Source: the human T2T-CHM13v2.0 reference genome, Homo sapiens. Taken from it: a stretch of DNA of 64,000 nt. Shown piece after piece: positions 1 to 15,000 of the stretch. The position numbers and the translations under genes were made by a program. Numbering within the stretch: position 1 is the first letter of the stretch; each line of letters starts with the position of its first letter. The notes beneath the pieces are model-generated. The model searched no databases. It saw nothing but the letters and a program-made list of their open reading frames with translations, and was not told the origin of the DNA. The stretch lies in assembly GCF_009914755.1 (NCBI RefSeq), contig NC_060940.1; one strand, written 5' to 3'.

Positions 1-3000
1 GATTTCATTCGAGTCCATTCGACACTTCCAATCGATTCCATTTGATGATTCCATTCGAGTCCAATTGATGATTCCATACAATTCCATTCGATGATGATTC
101 CGTACGATTCCATTCTGTGATGATTCCATGTGATTGCATTCAATGATGATTCCTTTCGATTGCATTCGATTATGATTCATTTCGTGTTCATTCTATGGTT
201 CCACAGGTTTCCATTCGTGTCCATTCCATTATTCCATTCTATTCCATTTGATGATGATTCCATTCGATTCCATTCATTGGTGATTCCACTCAATTCCATT
301 CAATGATTCCATTCCATTTCTTTCAACAATGATTCCATTAGTTTCTAATCGATGATCCACTTGATTCCATTTGACGACGATTCCATTCTTGTCCATTCGA
401 TGATTCCATTTGATTCCATATGATGATGATTCCATTCGATTCCATACCATGATGATTCCATTCGAGTCCATTCAATGGTGATTCCATTCAATTCCATTCG
501 ATGTTTCCTTTTGATTCCATTCGATGATGATGGCATTCGATTCCTTTCAATCATTCCCTTTGATTCCATTCAAAGGTGATTTCATTCAAGTCCATTCGAT
601 AATTGCATTCGATTCCATTCTATGATGATTCCATTCGAGTCCATTTGATGATTCCATTCAATTCAAGTCAATGATGATTCCATTCGATTCCATTCGATGA
701 TTCCATTGGATTCCATTCGATGATGATTCCATTCAAATCCATTCGATAATTCAATTCAAGTCCATTCGATGATGATTCCAATCGAATCCATTCAAAGATT
801 CCATTCAGTTCCATTCGAAGATTCCCTTAGATTCCATTCGATGATTCCACTTGATTCCATTTACGATGATTCCATTCGATTCCATGTGATGATTCCATTC
901 AATTCTATTCAATGATGTCTCCATTTGATTCCATTCGACCATGATTGCCTTTGATTCCATTCAATGATTCCATTCGGTTCCGTTTGATGATGATTCCGTT
1001 CGATTCCATTTGATGATTCCATTTGATTCCATTGGATGAGTCCATTCGATTACATTCGATGATTATTCCATTCGAGTGCATTAGATGATTCCATTCGAGT
1101 CCATTCGATGATTCCATTCGATTCCATTCGATGTTGATTCTGTTCAAATCCATTCGATGATTCCACTCGATTCCATTCGTTGACTCCATTTGATCCCATT
1201 CGATGATTTCCTTTGATTCCCTTTGATGATCATTCCATTTGATTCAATTCGGTGATTTCATTTGATTCCATTCAGTGATGTTTCCATTCGACTCCATTCG
1301 ATGATGATTCCATTCGACTCCATTCGATTATGATTTCATTCAATTCCATTCGATAATGATTCCCTTCGAGTCCATTCGATGATTCCATTCGATTCCATTC
1401 AACGATGATTTGATTCGTGTCCATTCGATGATTCCATTTGATTCCACTTGATGATGATTCCATTCGAGTCCATTTGATGATTCCATTCAATTCCATACTC
1501 CGATGATTTCTTTTGAGCCCACTCAATGCTTCCACTCGATTCCATATGATGATGACTCCATTCGATGAAATTCGATGATGATTCCATTCGCTTGCTTTCG
1601 ATGATGATTCCACTTGAGTCTGTTAGAAGATTCTATTCAATTACATTCCATGACGATTCCGTTCGAGTCCATTTGATGATTCCATTAGACTCCATTCGAC
1701 GATGATTCCATTCGATGTTATTCGATGATTCCATTCGATCTCATTCGATGATGATTCCATTCAACTCCATTCGATGTTTCCATTCGAGTTCATTCTATTA
1801 TTCCATTAGATTCCATTCGATGATGATTCCATTCGATTCCATTTGATGATTGCATTCTATTTCATTTGATGATGATTCCATTCGAGTCCACTCGATGATT
1901 CCATTCGAGTCCATTTAATGAATCCATTGGTTTCAATTCTATGATGATTACATTGGATTCCATTCGTTGATGATTTCATTCGGTTCCATTCAATGATGAT
2001 TCCATTCAATTCCTTTCAATGTTTCCATTCAATTCCCTACGATGATGATTCCATTTGATTTGATTCGACAGTGAGCCATTCGATTCAATTCCATGACGAT
2101 TCTATTTGATTCAATTGGTTGACATTTCCATTCGATTCCATTCGATGATGATTCCCTTTGATTCCGTTCAAAGATGATTCCATTCTAGCCCATTCAATCA
2201 TTCCATTCGATTCTATTCAATGATGATTCCATTCATGTCGATTTGGTGATTCCATTTGACTTCATTTGATGATGATTCCTTTCAAGTTCATTAGATGATT
2301 CCATTCGATTCCATTTGATGATGATCCCATTCGAGTCCATTCAGTGATTCCATTCGTTTCCATTCCATGATGATTCCATTCCTTTCCATTCAATGATTCC
2401 ATTCGATTCCGTTTGATGATGATTTCATTCGAGTCCATTTGATGATTCCATTTGATTCCATTCGATGATGATTCCATTCGAGTCCATTCGATGATTCTAT
2501 TCGAATCCATTTGATGATTTCTTTTGATTATATTTGGTGATGATTCCATTGGAGTCCATTCAATGATTCCATTCTATTCCAATCGATGATGATTCCATTA
2601 GAGTCCATTTAATGATTCCATTTGATTCCAGTCTCTGATGATTACATTCGAGTCCATACGATGATTCCACTCAATTCCATATGATGATGATTCCATTTGA
2701 TTCCATTCGGTGATTCCATTCTATTCTATTCAATGGTGATTCCATTCGAGTACATTAGATGATTCCATTCGATTCCATTCAATGATGATTCTATTTGTGT
2801 CCCTTAGATGATTCCACATGATTCCATTAGATGATGATACTATTTGAGCCCATCCAATGATTCCCTTCGATTCCATTCGATGAGGATTCCATTCGATTCA
2901 ATTCATTGGTGATTCTATTCAATTCAATTCTTTGATTCCATTCCATTCCATTCGACAATGATTCCATTCGATTTCTTTCGATGATTCCACTCGATTCCAC

Positions 3001-6000
3001 TTGACATTGATTCCATTCGATTCCATTCAATGATTCCATTTGATTCCAGTGGATGATGATTGCCATCGATTCCATTCGATCACTCCATTCTATTCCATTT
3101 GATGATGATTACATTCGATTCCATTTGATGATTCCATCTGATTCTATTCGAGGATTCCATTTGATTCCATTCGATGATGATTCCATTCGAGTCCATTCGA
3201 TGATTTCATTCCAGTACATCCAATGATTCCATTCGAGTCCATTAGATGATTCCATTTGATTCCATTTGAAAATGATTCTACTAGAGTCCATTCAATGACT
3301 CCATTCGAGTCCATTCAACAATTCCATTCGACTCCATTCGATGATTCCATTCGATTCCATTTGATGGTTCCATTCGAGTCCATTTAATCATTACAGTCGA
3401 GTCCGTTTGGTGATTCCACTGGATTTCTTTTGATAATGATACCATTCAATTACATTTGATGATGATCCCATTCAATTTCATTTGATGATGATTCCATTAG
3501 AGTCCATTCGATGATTTCATTCGAGTCCCTTCATTGATTCCATCCGATTTCATTGGATGATGACTCCATTCGAGTCCATTCGATGATTCCACTCGATTCC
3601 ATTAGATGACTCCATTGGAGTCCATTTGATTGTTCCATTCGATTCCATTCGATTCCTTTCGAAGATTATTCCATTTGAGTCCATTCGATGATGATTCCAT
3701 TCCATTCCATTCGATGATTCCGTTTGATTCCATTCGATGATTCCCTTCGATTCCTTTCTTTGATGATTCCATTCCATTCCATTCAATGATTCCATTCGAA
3801 TCTATTCCATGATGATTCCTTTCGATTCCATTCGCTGATGTTTCCGTTCAATTCCATTCGATGATGATTCCATTCGATTCCATTCATTGAGGATTCCATT
3901 TGATTCCATTCAATGATGATTCCATTCTATTCCATTCAATGATTGCATTCAATTCCATTCAATGATTATCCCATTAGAGTAAACTCAACGATTCCATTCA
4001 ATACCATTCGATGATGATTCCTTTTGAGTCCATTCAATGATTTCATTCAAGTTCATTTGATGATTCCTTTCAATTCCATTCTATGATGATTCCATTCGAG
4101 TCCATTCGATGATTCCATTCGATTGCATTCGATGATTCCATTATATTCCATTCAACGGTGATTCCATTCGAGTCCATTCCATGATTCCATTAGAGTACAT
4201 TTAATGATTGCTTTGTTTTCAATTCGAAGATGATTACATTGGATTCCATTCTATGATACCATTCGATTCCATTCAATGATGATTCCACTCAAATCCATTG
4301 GATGATTCCATTCGTGTCCATTCGGTGATTTCATTAGATTCCATTCGAGGATGATTCCATTCGATTCCATTCGATGATTCCATTCAATTCCATTCGATGA
4401 TGATTCCATTCCAGTCCATATGATCATTCCATTTGATTTCATTCGATGATGATTCCATTCGATTCGATTCGACGATTCCATTCTATTCCATTCGATGATG
4501 ATTCCATTCGAGTCCATTCGATGATTCCATTCGAGTCCATTTAATGATTCCATTGGGTTCAATTCAATGATGATTACATTGGATTCCGTTCTATGATTCC
4601 ATTCAATTCCGTTCATTGACAATTTGATTCCATTCGATGATGATTCCATTTGAGTTCATTCGATGATTCTATTCGATTCTCTTCGATGGTGATTCAATTC
4701 TATTATATTGGATGATTCCATTCGATTCCATTTGATGTTGATTCAATTCGATTCTATTCGATGATGATTCCATTGGATTTCACTTGATGATTCTATTCGA
4801 TTCCATTCAATGATGATTCACTTCTCGTCCATTGGATGATTCCATTTCATTCCATTCGATGATGATTCCATTCGATTCCATTCGATGATTCCATTTGATT
4901 CCATTCGACGGTGAGCAATTCGATTCAATTCCATGATGATTCTATTTGATTCAATTAGATGATGTTTCCATTCGAATCCATTCCATGATTATTCCATTGG
5001 AATCCATTCGGCGATGATTCCATATGAGTCAATTCAATGATGATTCCATATGGGTCCGTTCGATGATAATTCCATTTGATTTCATTCGATGCTTCTATTC
5101 AATTCCAGTCGATGATGATTCCGTTGGAGTCCATACGATGATTCCATTTGATTTCATTTGATGATGGTTCCATTCGATGATGATTACATTGGTTTCCATT
5201 CTATGATTCCATTCAATTCCATTCGTTGATGATTCGATTCCATTCAATGATGATTCCATTTGAGTTCATTCGATGATTCTATTCGATTCCGTTCGATGGT
5301 GATTCAATTCTATTATATTGGATGATTCCACTCGATTCCATTTGATGATTATTCCATTGGAGTCCACTTAGTGAATCCTTTAGATTCTACTCGACGATGA
5401 TTCCATTCGAGTCCATTCGATGATACCATTCAATTCCATTCGTTGATGCTTCCATTCAAGTGCATTCGATGATATCATTCGATTCCATTTGATGATAATT
5501 CCATTTGATTCCGTGCGATGATTCTATTCGATTCCATTCAATGATAATTCCATTCAATTCAGTGATTCCTCTGGACTCCATTTGATGATGATTCCATTCA
5601 ATGATTCCATTCGATTCTATTCGAAAATGATTCCATTTGAATCCATTTGATGATGATTCCATTAGATTCCATTTGATGATTCCATTCGATTCCATTCGAC
5701 GATGATTCCATTCGATTCCCTTTGATGATTCCATTCTATTCTATTCGATGATGATTCCATTCGATTCCATTCGATGATGATTGGATTCGATTCCATTTGA
5801 TGATTTCATTTGATTCCATTCGTTAATGATTTCGATCAATTCCATTCGATGATTCCATTCGATTCCATTCGATAATGATTACATCCGAGTCCATTCGATG
5901 ATTCCCTTTGAGCCTGTTCGATAATTCCATTTGAGTCCAACCAATGATTCCATTCATTTCCATTCAATGATTCCATTCGAGTCCATTTGATCATTCCGGT

Positions 6001-9000
6001 AGGGTCCATTCGATGTTGATTCCATTGGAGTGCATTCGATGATTCCATTCGAGTCCATTTTAGGATTTGATTCGAGTCCTTTCGATGATTCCATTCGATT
6101 CCACTCGATGATGATTTCATTCGAGTCCATTCGACACTTCCAATCGATTCCATTTGATGATTCCATTCGAGTCCAATTGATGATTCCATTCAATTCCATT
6201 CGATGATGATTCCGTACGATTCCATTCTGTGATGATTCCATGTGATTGCATTCAATGATGATTCCTTTCGATTGCATTCGATTATGATTCATTTCGTGTT
6301 CATTCTATGGTTCCACAGGTTTCCATTCGTGTCCATTCCATTATTCCATTCTATTCCATTTGATGATGATTCCATTCGATTCCATTCATTGGTGATTCCA
6401 CTCAATTCCATTCAATGATTCCATTCCATTTCTTTCAACAATGATTCCATTAGTTTCTAATCGATGATCCACTTGATTCCATTTGACGACGATTCCATTC
6501 TTGTCCATTCGATGATTCCATTTGATTCCATATGATGATGATTCCATTCGATTCCATACCATGATGATTCCATTCGAGTCCATTCAATGGTGATTCCATT
6601 CAATTCCATTCGATGATTCCTTTTGATTCCATTCGATGATGATGGCATTCGATTCCTTTCAATCATTCCCTTTGATTCCATTCAAAGATGATTTCATTCA
6701 AGTCCATTCGATAATTGCATTCGATTCCATTCTATGATGATTCCATTCGAGTCCATTTGATGATTCCATTCAATTCAAGTCAATGATGATTCCATTCGCT
6801 TCCATTCGATGATTCCATTGGATTCCATTCGATGATGATTCCATTCAAATCCATTCGATAATTCAATTCAAGTCCATTCGATGATGATTCCAATCGAATC
6901 CATTCAAAGATTCCATTCAGTTCCATTCGATGATTCCCTTAGATTCCATTCGATGATTCCACTTGATTGCATTTACGATGATTCCATTCGATTCCATGTG
7001 ATGATTCCATTCAATTCTATTCAATGATGTCTCCATTTGATTCCATTCGACCATGATTGCCTTTGATTCCATTCAATGATTCCATTCGGTTCCGTTTGAT
7101 GATGATTCCGTTCGATTCCATTTGATGATTCCATTTGATTCCATTGGATGAGTCCATTCGATTACATTCGATGATTATTCCATTCGAGTGCATTAGATGA
7201 TTCCATTCGAGTCCATTCGATGATTCCATTCGATGCCATTCGATGTTGATTCTGTTCAAATCCATTCGATGATTCCACTCGATTCCATTCGTTGACTCCA
7301 TTTGATCCCATTCGATGATTTCCTTTGATTCCCTTTGATGATCATTCCATTTGATTCAATTCGGTGATTTCATTTGATTCCATTCAGTGATGTTTCCATT
7401 CGACTCCATTCGATGATGATTCCATTCGACTCCATTCGATTATGATTTCATTCAATTCCATTCGATAATGATTCCCTTCGAGTCCATTCGATGATTCCAT
7501 TCGATTCCATTCAACGATGATTTGATTCGTGTCCATTCGATGATTCCATTTGATTCCACTTGATGATGATTCCATTCGAGTCCATTTGATGATTCCATTC
7601 AATTCCATACTCCGATGATTTCTTTTGAGCCCACTCAATGCTTCCACTCGATTCCATATGATGATGACTCCATTCGATGAAATTCGATGATGATTCCATT
7701 CGCTTGCTTTCGATGATGATTCCACTTGAGTCCGTTAGAAGATTCTATTCAATTACATTCCATGACGATTCCGTTCGAGTCCATTTGATGATTCCATTAG
7801 ACTCCATTCGACGATGATTCCATTCGATGTTATTCGATGATTCCATTCGATCTCATTCGATGATGATTCCATTCAACTCCATTCGATGTTTCCATTCGAG
7901 TTCATTCTATTATTCCATTAGATTCCATTCGATGATGATTCCATTCGATTCCATTTAATGATTGCATTCTATTTCATTTGATGATGATTCCATTCGAGTC
8001 CACTCGATGATTCCATTCGAGTCCATTTAATGAATCCATTGGTTTCAATTCTATGATGATTACATTGGATTCCATTCGTTGATGATTTCATTCGGTTCCA
8101 TTCAATGATGATTCCATTCAATTCCTTTCAATGTTTCCATTCAATTCCATACGATGATGATTCCATTTGATTTGATTCGACAGTGAGCCATTCGATTCAA
8201 TTCCATGACGATTCTATTTGATTCAATTGGTTGACATTTCCATTCGATTCCATTCGATGATGATTCCCTTTGATTCCGTTCCAAGATGATTCCATTCTAG
8301 CCCATTCAATCATTCCATTCGATTCTATTCAATGATGATTCCATTCATGTCGATTTGGTGATTCCATTTGACTTCATTTGATGATGATTCCTTTCAAGTT
8401 CATTAGATGATTCCATTCGATTCCATTTGATGATGATCCCATTCGAGTCCATTCAGTGATTCCATTCGTTTCCATTCCATGATGATTCCATTCCTTTCCA
8501 TTCAATGATTCCATTCGATTCCGTTTGATGATGATTTCATTCGAGTCCATTTGATGATTCCATTTGATTCCATTCGATGATGATTCCATTCGAGTCCATT
8601 CGATGATTCTATTCGAATCCATTTGATGATTTCTTTTGATTATATTTGGTGATGATTCCATTGGAGTCCATTCAATGATTCCATTCTATTCCAATCGATG
8701 ATGATTCCATTAGAGTCCATTTAATGATTCCATTTGATTCCAGTCTCTGATGATTACATTCGAGTCCATACGATGATTCCACTCAATTCCATATGATGAT
8801 GATTCCATTTGATTCCATTCGGTGATTCCGTTCTATTCTATTCAATGGTGATTCCATTCGAGTACATTAGATGATTCCATTCGATTCCATTCAATGATGA
8901 TTCTATTTGTGTCCCTTAGATGATTCCGCATGATTCCATTAGATGATGATACTATTTGAGCCCATCCAATGATTCCCTTCGATTCCATTCGATGAGGATT

Positions 9001-12000
9001 CCATTCGATTCAATTCATTGGTGATTCTATTCAATTCAATTCTTTGATTCCATTCCATTCCATTCGACAATGATTCCATTCGATTTCTTTCGATGATTCC
9101 ACTCGATTCCACTTGACATTGATTCCATTCGATTCCATTCAATGATTCCATTTGATTCCAGTGGATGATGATTGCCATCGATTCCATTCGATCACTCCAT
9201 TCTATTCCATTTGATGATGATTACATTCGATTCCATTTGATGATTCCATCTGATTCTATTCGAGGATTCCATTTGATTCCATTCGATGATGATTCCATTC
9301 GAGTCCATTCGATGATTTCATTCGAGTACATCCAATGATTCCATTCGAGTCCATTAGATGATTCCATTTGATTCCATTTGAAAATGATTCTACTAGAGTC
9401 CATTCAATGACTCCATTCGAGTCCATTCAACAATTCCATTCGACTCCATTCGATGATTCCATTCGATTCCATTTGATGGTTCCATTCGAGTCCATTTAAT
9501 CATTACAGTCGAGTCCATTTGGTGATTCCACTGGATTTCTTTTGATAATGATACCATTCAATTACATTTGATGATGATCCCATTCAATTTCATTTGATGA
9601 TGATTCCATTAGAGTCCATTCGATGATTTCATTCGAGTCCCTTCATTGATTCCATCCGATTTCATTGGATGATGACTCCATTCGAGTCCATTCGATGATT
9701 CCACTCGATTCCATTAGATGACTCCATTGGAGTCCATTTGATTGTTCCATTCGATTCCATTCGATTCCTTTCGAAGATTATTCCATTTGAGTCCATTCGA
9801 TGATGATTCCATTCCATTCCATTCGATGATTCCGTTTGATTCCATTCGATGATTCCCTTCGATTCCTTTCTTTGATGATTCCATTCCATTCCATTCAATG
9901 ATTCCATTCGAATCTATTCCATGATGATTCCTTTCGATTCCATTCGCTGATGTTTCCGTTCAATTCCATTCGATGATGATTCCATTCGATTCCATTCATT
10001 GAGGATTCCATTTGATTCCATTCAATGATGATTCCATTCTATTCCATTCAATGATTGCATTCAATTCCATTCAATGATTATCCCCTTAGAGTAAACTCAA
10101 CGATTCCATTCAATACCATTCGATGATGATTCCTTTTGAGTCCATTCAATGATTTCATTCAAGTCCATTTGATGATTCCTTTCAATTCCATTCTATGATG
10201 ATTCCATTCGAGTCCATTCGATGATTCCATTCGATTGCATTCGATGATTCCATTATATTCCATTCAACAGTGATTCCATTCGAGTCAATTCCATGATTCC
10301 ATTAGAGTACATTTAATGATTGCTTTGTTTTCAATTCGAAGATGATTACATTGGATTCCATTCTATGATACCATTCGATTCCATTCAATGATGATTCCAC
10401 TCAAATCCATTGGATGATTCCATTCGTGTCCATTCGGTGATTTCATTAGATTCCATTCGAGGATGATTCCATTCGATTCCATTCGATGATTCCATTCAAT
10501 TCCATTCGATGATGATTCCATTCCAGTCCATATGATCATTCCATTTGATTTCATTCGATGATGATTCCATTCGATTCGATTCGACGATTCCATTCTATTC
10601 CATTCGATGATGATTCCATTCGAGTCCATTCGATGATTCCATTCGAGTCCATTTAATGATTCCATTGGGTTCAATTCAATGATGATTACATTGGATTCCG
10701 TTCTATGATTCCATTCAATTCCGTTCATTGACAATTTGATTCCATTCGATGATGATTCCATTTGAGTTCATTCGATGATTCTATTCGATTCTCTTCGATG
10801 GTGATTCAATTCTATTATATTGGATGATTCCATTCGATTCCATTTGATGTTGATTCAATTCGATTCTATTCGATGATGATTCCATTGGATTTCACTTGAT
10901 GATTCTATTCGATTCCATTCAATGATGATTCACTTCTCGTCCATTGGATGATTCCATTTCATTCCATTCGATGATGATTCCATTCGATTCCATTCGATGA
11001 TTCCATTTGATTCCATGCGACGGTGAGCAATTCGATTCAATTCCATGATGATTCTATTTGATTCAATTAGATGATGTTTCCATTCGAATCCATTCCATGA
11101 TTATTCCATTGGAATCCATTCGGCGATGATTCCATATGAGTCAATTCAATGATGATTCCATATGGGTCCGTTCGATGATAATTCCATTTGATTTCATTCG
11201 ATGCTTCTATTCTATTCCAGTCGATGATGATTCCGTTGGAGTCCATACGATGATTCCATTTGATTTCATTTGATGATGATTCCATTCGATGATGATTACA
11301 TTGGATTCCATTCTATGATTCCATTCAATTCCATTCGTTGATGATTCGATTCCATTCAATGATGATTCCATTTGAGTTCATTCGATGATTCTATTCGATT
11401 CCGTTCGATGGTGATTCAATTCTATTATATTGGATGATTCCACTCGATTCCATTTGATGATTATTCCATTGGAGTCCACTTAGTGAATCCTTTAGATTCT
11501 ACTCGACGATGATTCCATTCGAGTCCATTCGATGATACCATTCAATTCCATTCGTTGATGCTTCCATTCAAGTGCATTCGATGATATCATTCGATTCCAT
11601 TTGATGATAATTCCATTTGATTCCATGCGATGATTCTATTCGATTCCATTCAATGATAATTCCATTCAATTCAGTGTTTCCTCTGGACTCCATTTGATGA
11701 TGATTCCATTCAATGATTCCATTCGATTCTATTCGAAAATGATTCCATTTGAATCCATTTGATGATGATTCCATTAGATTCCATTTGATGATTCCATTCG
11801 ATTCCATTCGTCGATGATTCCATTCGATTCCGTTTGATGATTCCATTCTATTCTATTCGATGATGATTCCATTCGATCCCATTCGATGATGATTGGATTC
11901 GATTCCATTTGATGATTTCATTTGATTCCATTCGTTAATGATTTCGATCAATTCCATTCGATGATTCCATTCGATTCCATTCGATAATGATTACATCCGA

Positions 12001-15000
12001 GTCCATTCGATGATTCCCTTTGAGCCTGTTCGATAATTCCATTTGAGTCCAACCAATGATTCCATTCATTTCCATTCAATGATTCCATTCGAGTCCATTT
12101 GATCATTCCGGTAGGGTCCATTCGATGTTGATTCCATTGGAGTGCATTCGATGATTCCATTCGAGTCCATTTTAGGATTTGATTCGAGTCCTTTCGATGA
12201 TTCCATTCGATTCCACTCGATGATGATTTCATTCGAGTCCATTCGACACTTCCAATCGATTCCATTTGATGATTCCATTCGAGTCCAATTGATGATTCCA
12301 TTCAATTCCATTCGATGATGATTCCGTACGATTCCATTCTGTGATGATTCCATGTGATTGCATTCAATGATGATTCCTTTCGATTGCATTCGATTATGAT
12401 TCATTTCGTGTTCATTCTATGGTTCCACAGGTTTCCATTCGTGTCCATTCCATTATTCCATTCTATTCCATTTGATGATGATTCCATTCGATTCCATTCA
12501 TTGGTGATTCCACTCAATTCCATTCAATGATTCCATTCCATTTCTTTCAACAATGATTCCATTAGTTTCTAATCGATGATCCACTTGATTCCATTTGACG
12601 ACGATTCCATTCTTGTCCATTCGATGATTCCATTTGATTCCATATGATGATGATTCCATTCGATTCCATACCATGATGATTCCATTCGAGTCCATTCAAT
12701 GGTGATTCCATTCAATTCCATTCGATGATTCCTTTTGATTCCATTCGATGATGATGGCATTCGATTCCTTTCAATCATTCCCTTTGATTCCATTCAAAGA
12801 TGATTTCATTCAAGTCCATTCGATAATTGCATTCGATTCCATTCTATGATGATTCCATTCGAGTCCATTTGATGATTCCATTCAATTCAAGTCAATGATG
12901 ATTCCATTCGATTCCATTCGATGATTCCATTGGATTCCATTCGATGATGATTCCATTCAAATCCATTCGATAATTCAATTCAAGTCCATTCGATGATGAT
13001 TCCAATCGAATCCATTCAAAGATTCCATTCAGTTCCATTCGATGATTCCCTTAGATTCCATTCGATGATTCCACTTGATTGCATTTACGATGATTCCATT
13101 CGATTCCATGTGATGATTCCATTCAATTCTATTCAATGATGTCTCCATTTGATTCCATTCGACCATGATTGCCTTTGATTCCATTCAATGATTCCATTCG
13201 GTTCCGTTTGATGATGATTCCGTTCGATTCCATTTGATGATTCCATTTGATTCCATTGGATGAGTCCATTCGATTACATTCGATGATTATTCCATTCGAG
13301 TGCATTAGATGATTCCATTCGAGTCCATTCGATGATTCCATTCGATTCCATTCGATGTTGATTCTGTTCAAATCCATTCGATGATTCCACTCGATTCCAT
13401 TCGTTGACTCCATTTGATCCCATTCGATGATTTCCTTTGATTCCCTTTGATGATCATTCCATTTGATTCAATTCGGTGATTTCATTTGATTCCATTCAGT
13501 GATGTTTCCATTCGACTCCATTCGATGATGATTCCATTCGACTCCATTCGATTATGATTTCATTCAATTCCATTCGATAATGATTCCCTTCGAGTCCATT
13601 CGATGATTCCATTCGATTCCATTCAACGATGATTTGATTCGTGTCCATTCGATGATTCCATTTGATTCCACTTGATGATGATTCCATTCGAGTCCATTTG
13701 ATGATTCCATTCAATTCCATACTCCGATGATTTCTTTTGAGCCCACTCAATGCTTCCACTCGATTCCATATGATGATGACTCCATTCGATGAAATTCGAT
13801 GATGATTCCATTCGCTTGCTTTCGATGATGATTCCACTTGAGTCCGTTAGAAGATTCTATTCAATTACATTCCATGACGATTCCGTTCGAGTCCATTTGA
13901 TGATTCCATTAGACTCCATTCGACGATGATTCCATTCGATGTTATTCGATGATTCCATTCGATCTCATTCGATGATGATTCCATTCAACTCCATTCGATG
14001 TTTCCATTCGAGTTCATTCTATTATTCCATTAGATTCCATTCGATGATGATTCCATTCGATTCCATTTGATGATTGCATTCTATTTCATTTGATGATGAT
14101 TCCATTCGAGTCCACTCGATGATTCCATTCGAGTCCATTTAATGAATCCATTGGTTTCAATTCTATGATGATTACATTTGATTCCATTCGTTGATGATTT
14201 CATTCGGTTCCATTCAATGATGATTCCATTCAATTCCTTTCAATGTTTCCATTCAATTCCATACGATGATGATTCCATTTGATTTGATTCGACAGTGAGC
14301 CATTCGATTCAATTCCATGACGATTCTATTTGATTCAATTGGTTGACATTTCCATTCGATTCCATTCGATGATGATTCCCTTTGATTCCGTTCCAAGATG
14401 ATTCCATTCTAGCCCATTCAATCATTCCATTCGATTCTATTCAATGATGATTCCATTCATGTCGATTTGGTGATTCCATTTGACTTCATTTGATGATGAT
14501 TCCTTTCAAGTTCATTAGATGATTCCATTCGATTCCATTTGATGATGATCCCATTCGAGTCCATTCAGTGATTCCATTCGTTTCCATTCCATGATGATTC
14601 CATTCCTTTCCATTCAATGATTCCATTCGATTCCGTTTGATGATGATTTCATTCGAGTCCATTTGATGATTCCATTTGATTCCATTCGATGATGATTCCA
14701 TTCGAGTCCATTCGATGATTCTATTCGAATCCATTTGATGATTTCTTTTGATTATATTTGGTGATGATTCCATTGGAGTCCATTCAATGATTCCATTCTA
14801 TTCCAATCGATGATGATTCCATTAGAGTCCATTTAATGATTCCATTTGATTCCAGTCTCTGATGATTACATTCGAGTCCATACGATGATTCCACTCAATT
14901 CCATATGATGATGATTCCATTTGATTCCATTCGGTGATTCCGTTCTATTCTATTCAATGGTGATTCCATTCGAGTACATTAGATGATTCCATTCGATTCC

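Noticed and set aside
5920-5950. CCAACC in the HOR matches the paralogue at ~53690 rather than CCAATC at ~59330, suggesting conversion
   Set aside because: It rests on a single base, and recurrent mutation or a retained ancestral state explains it equally well.
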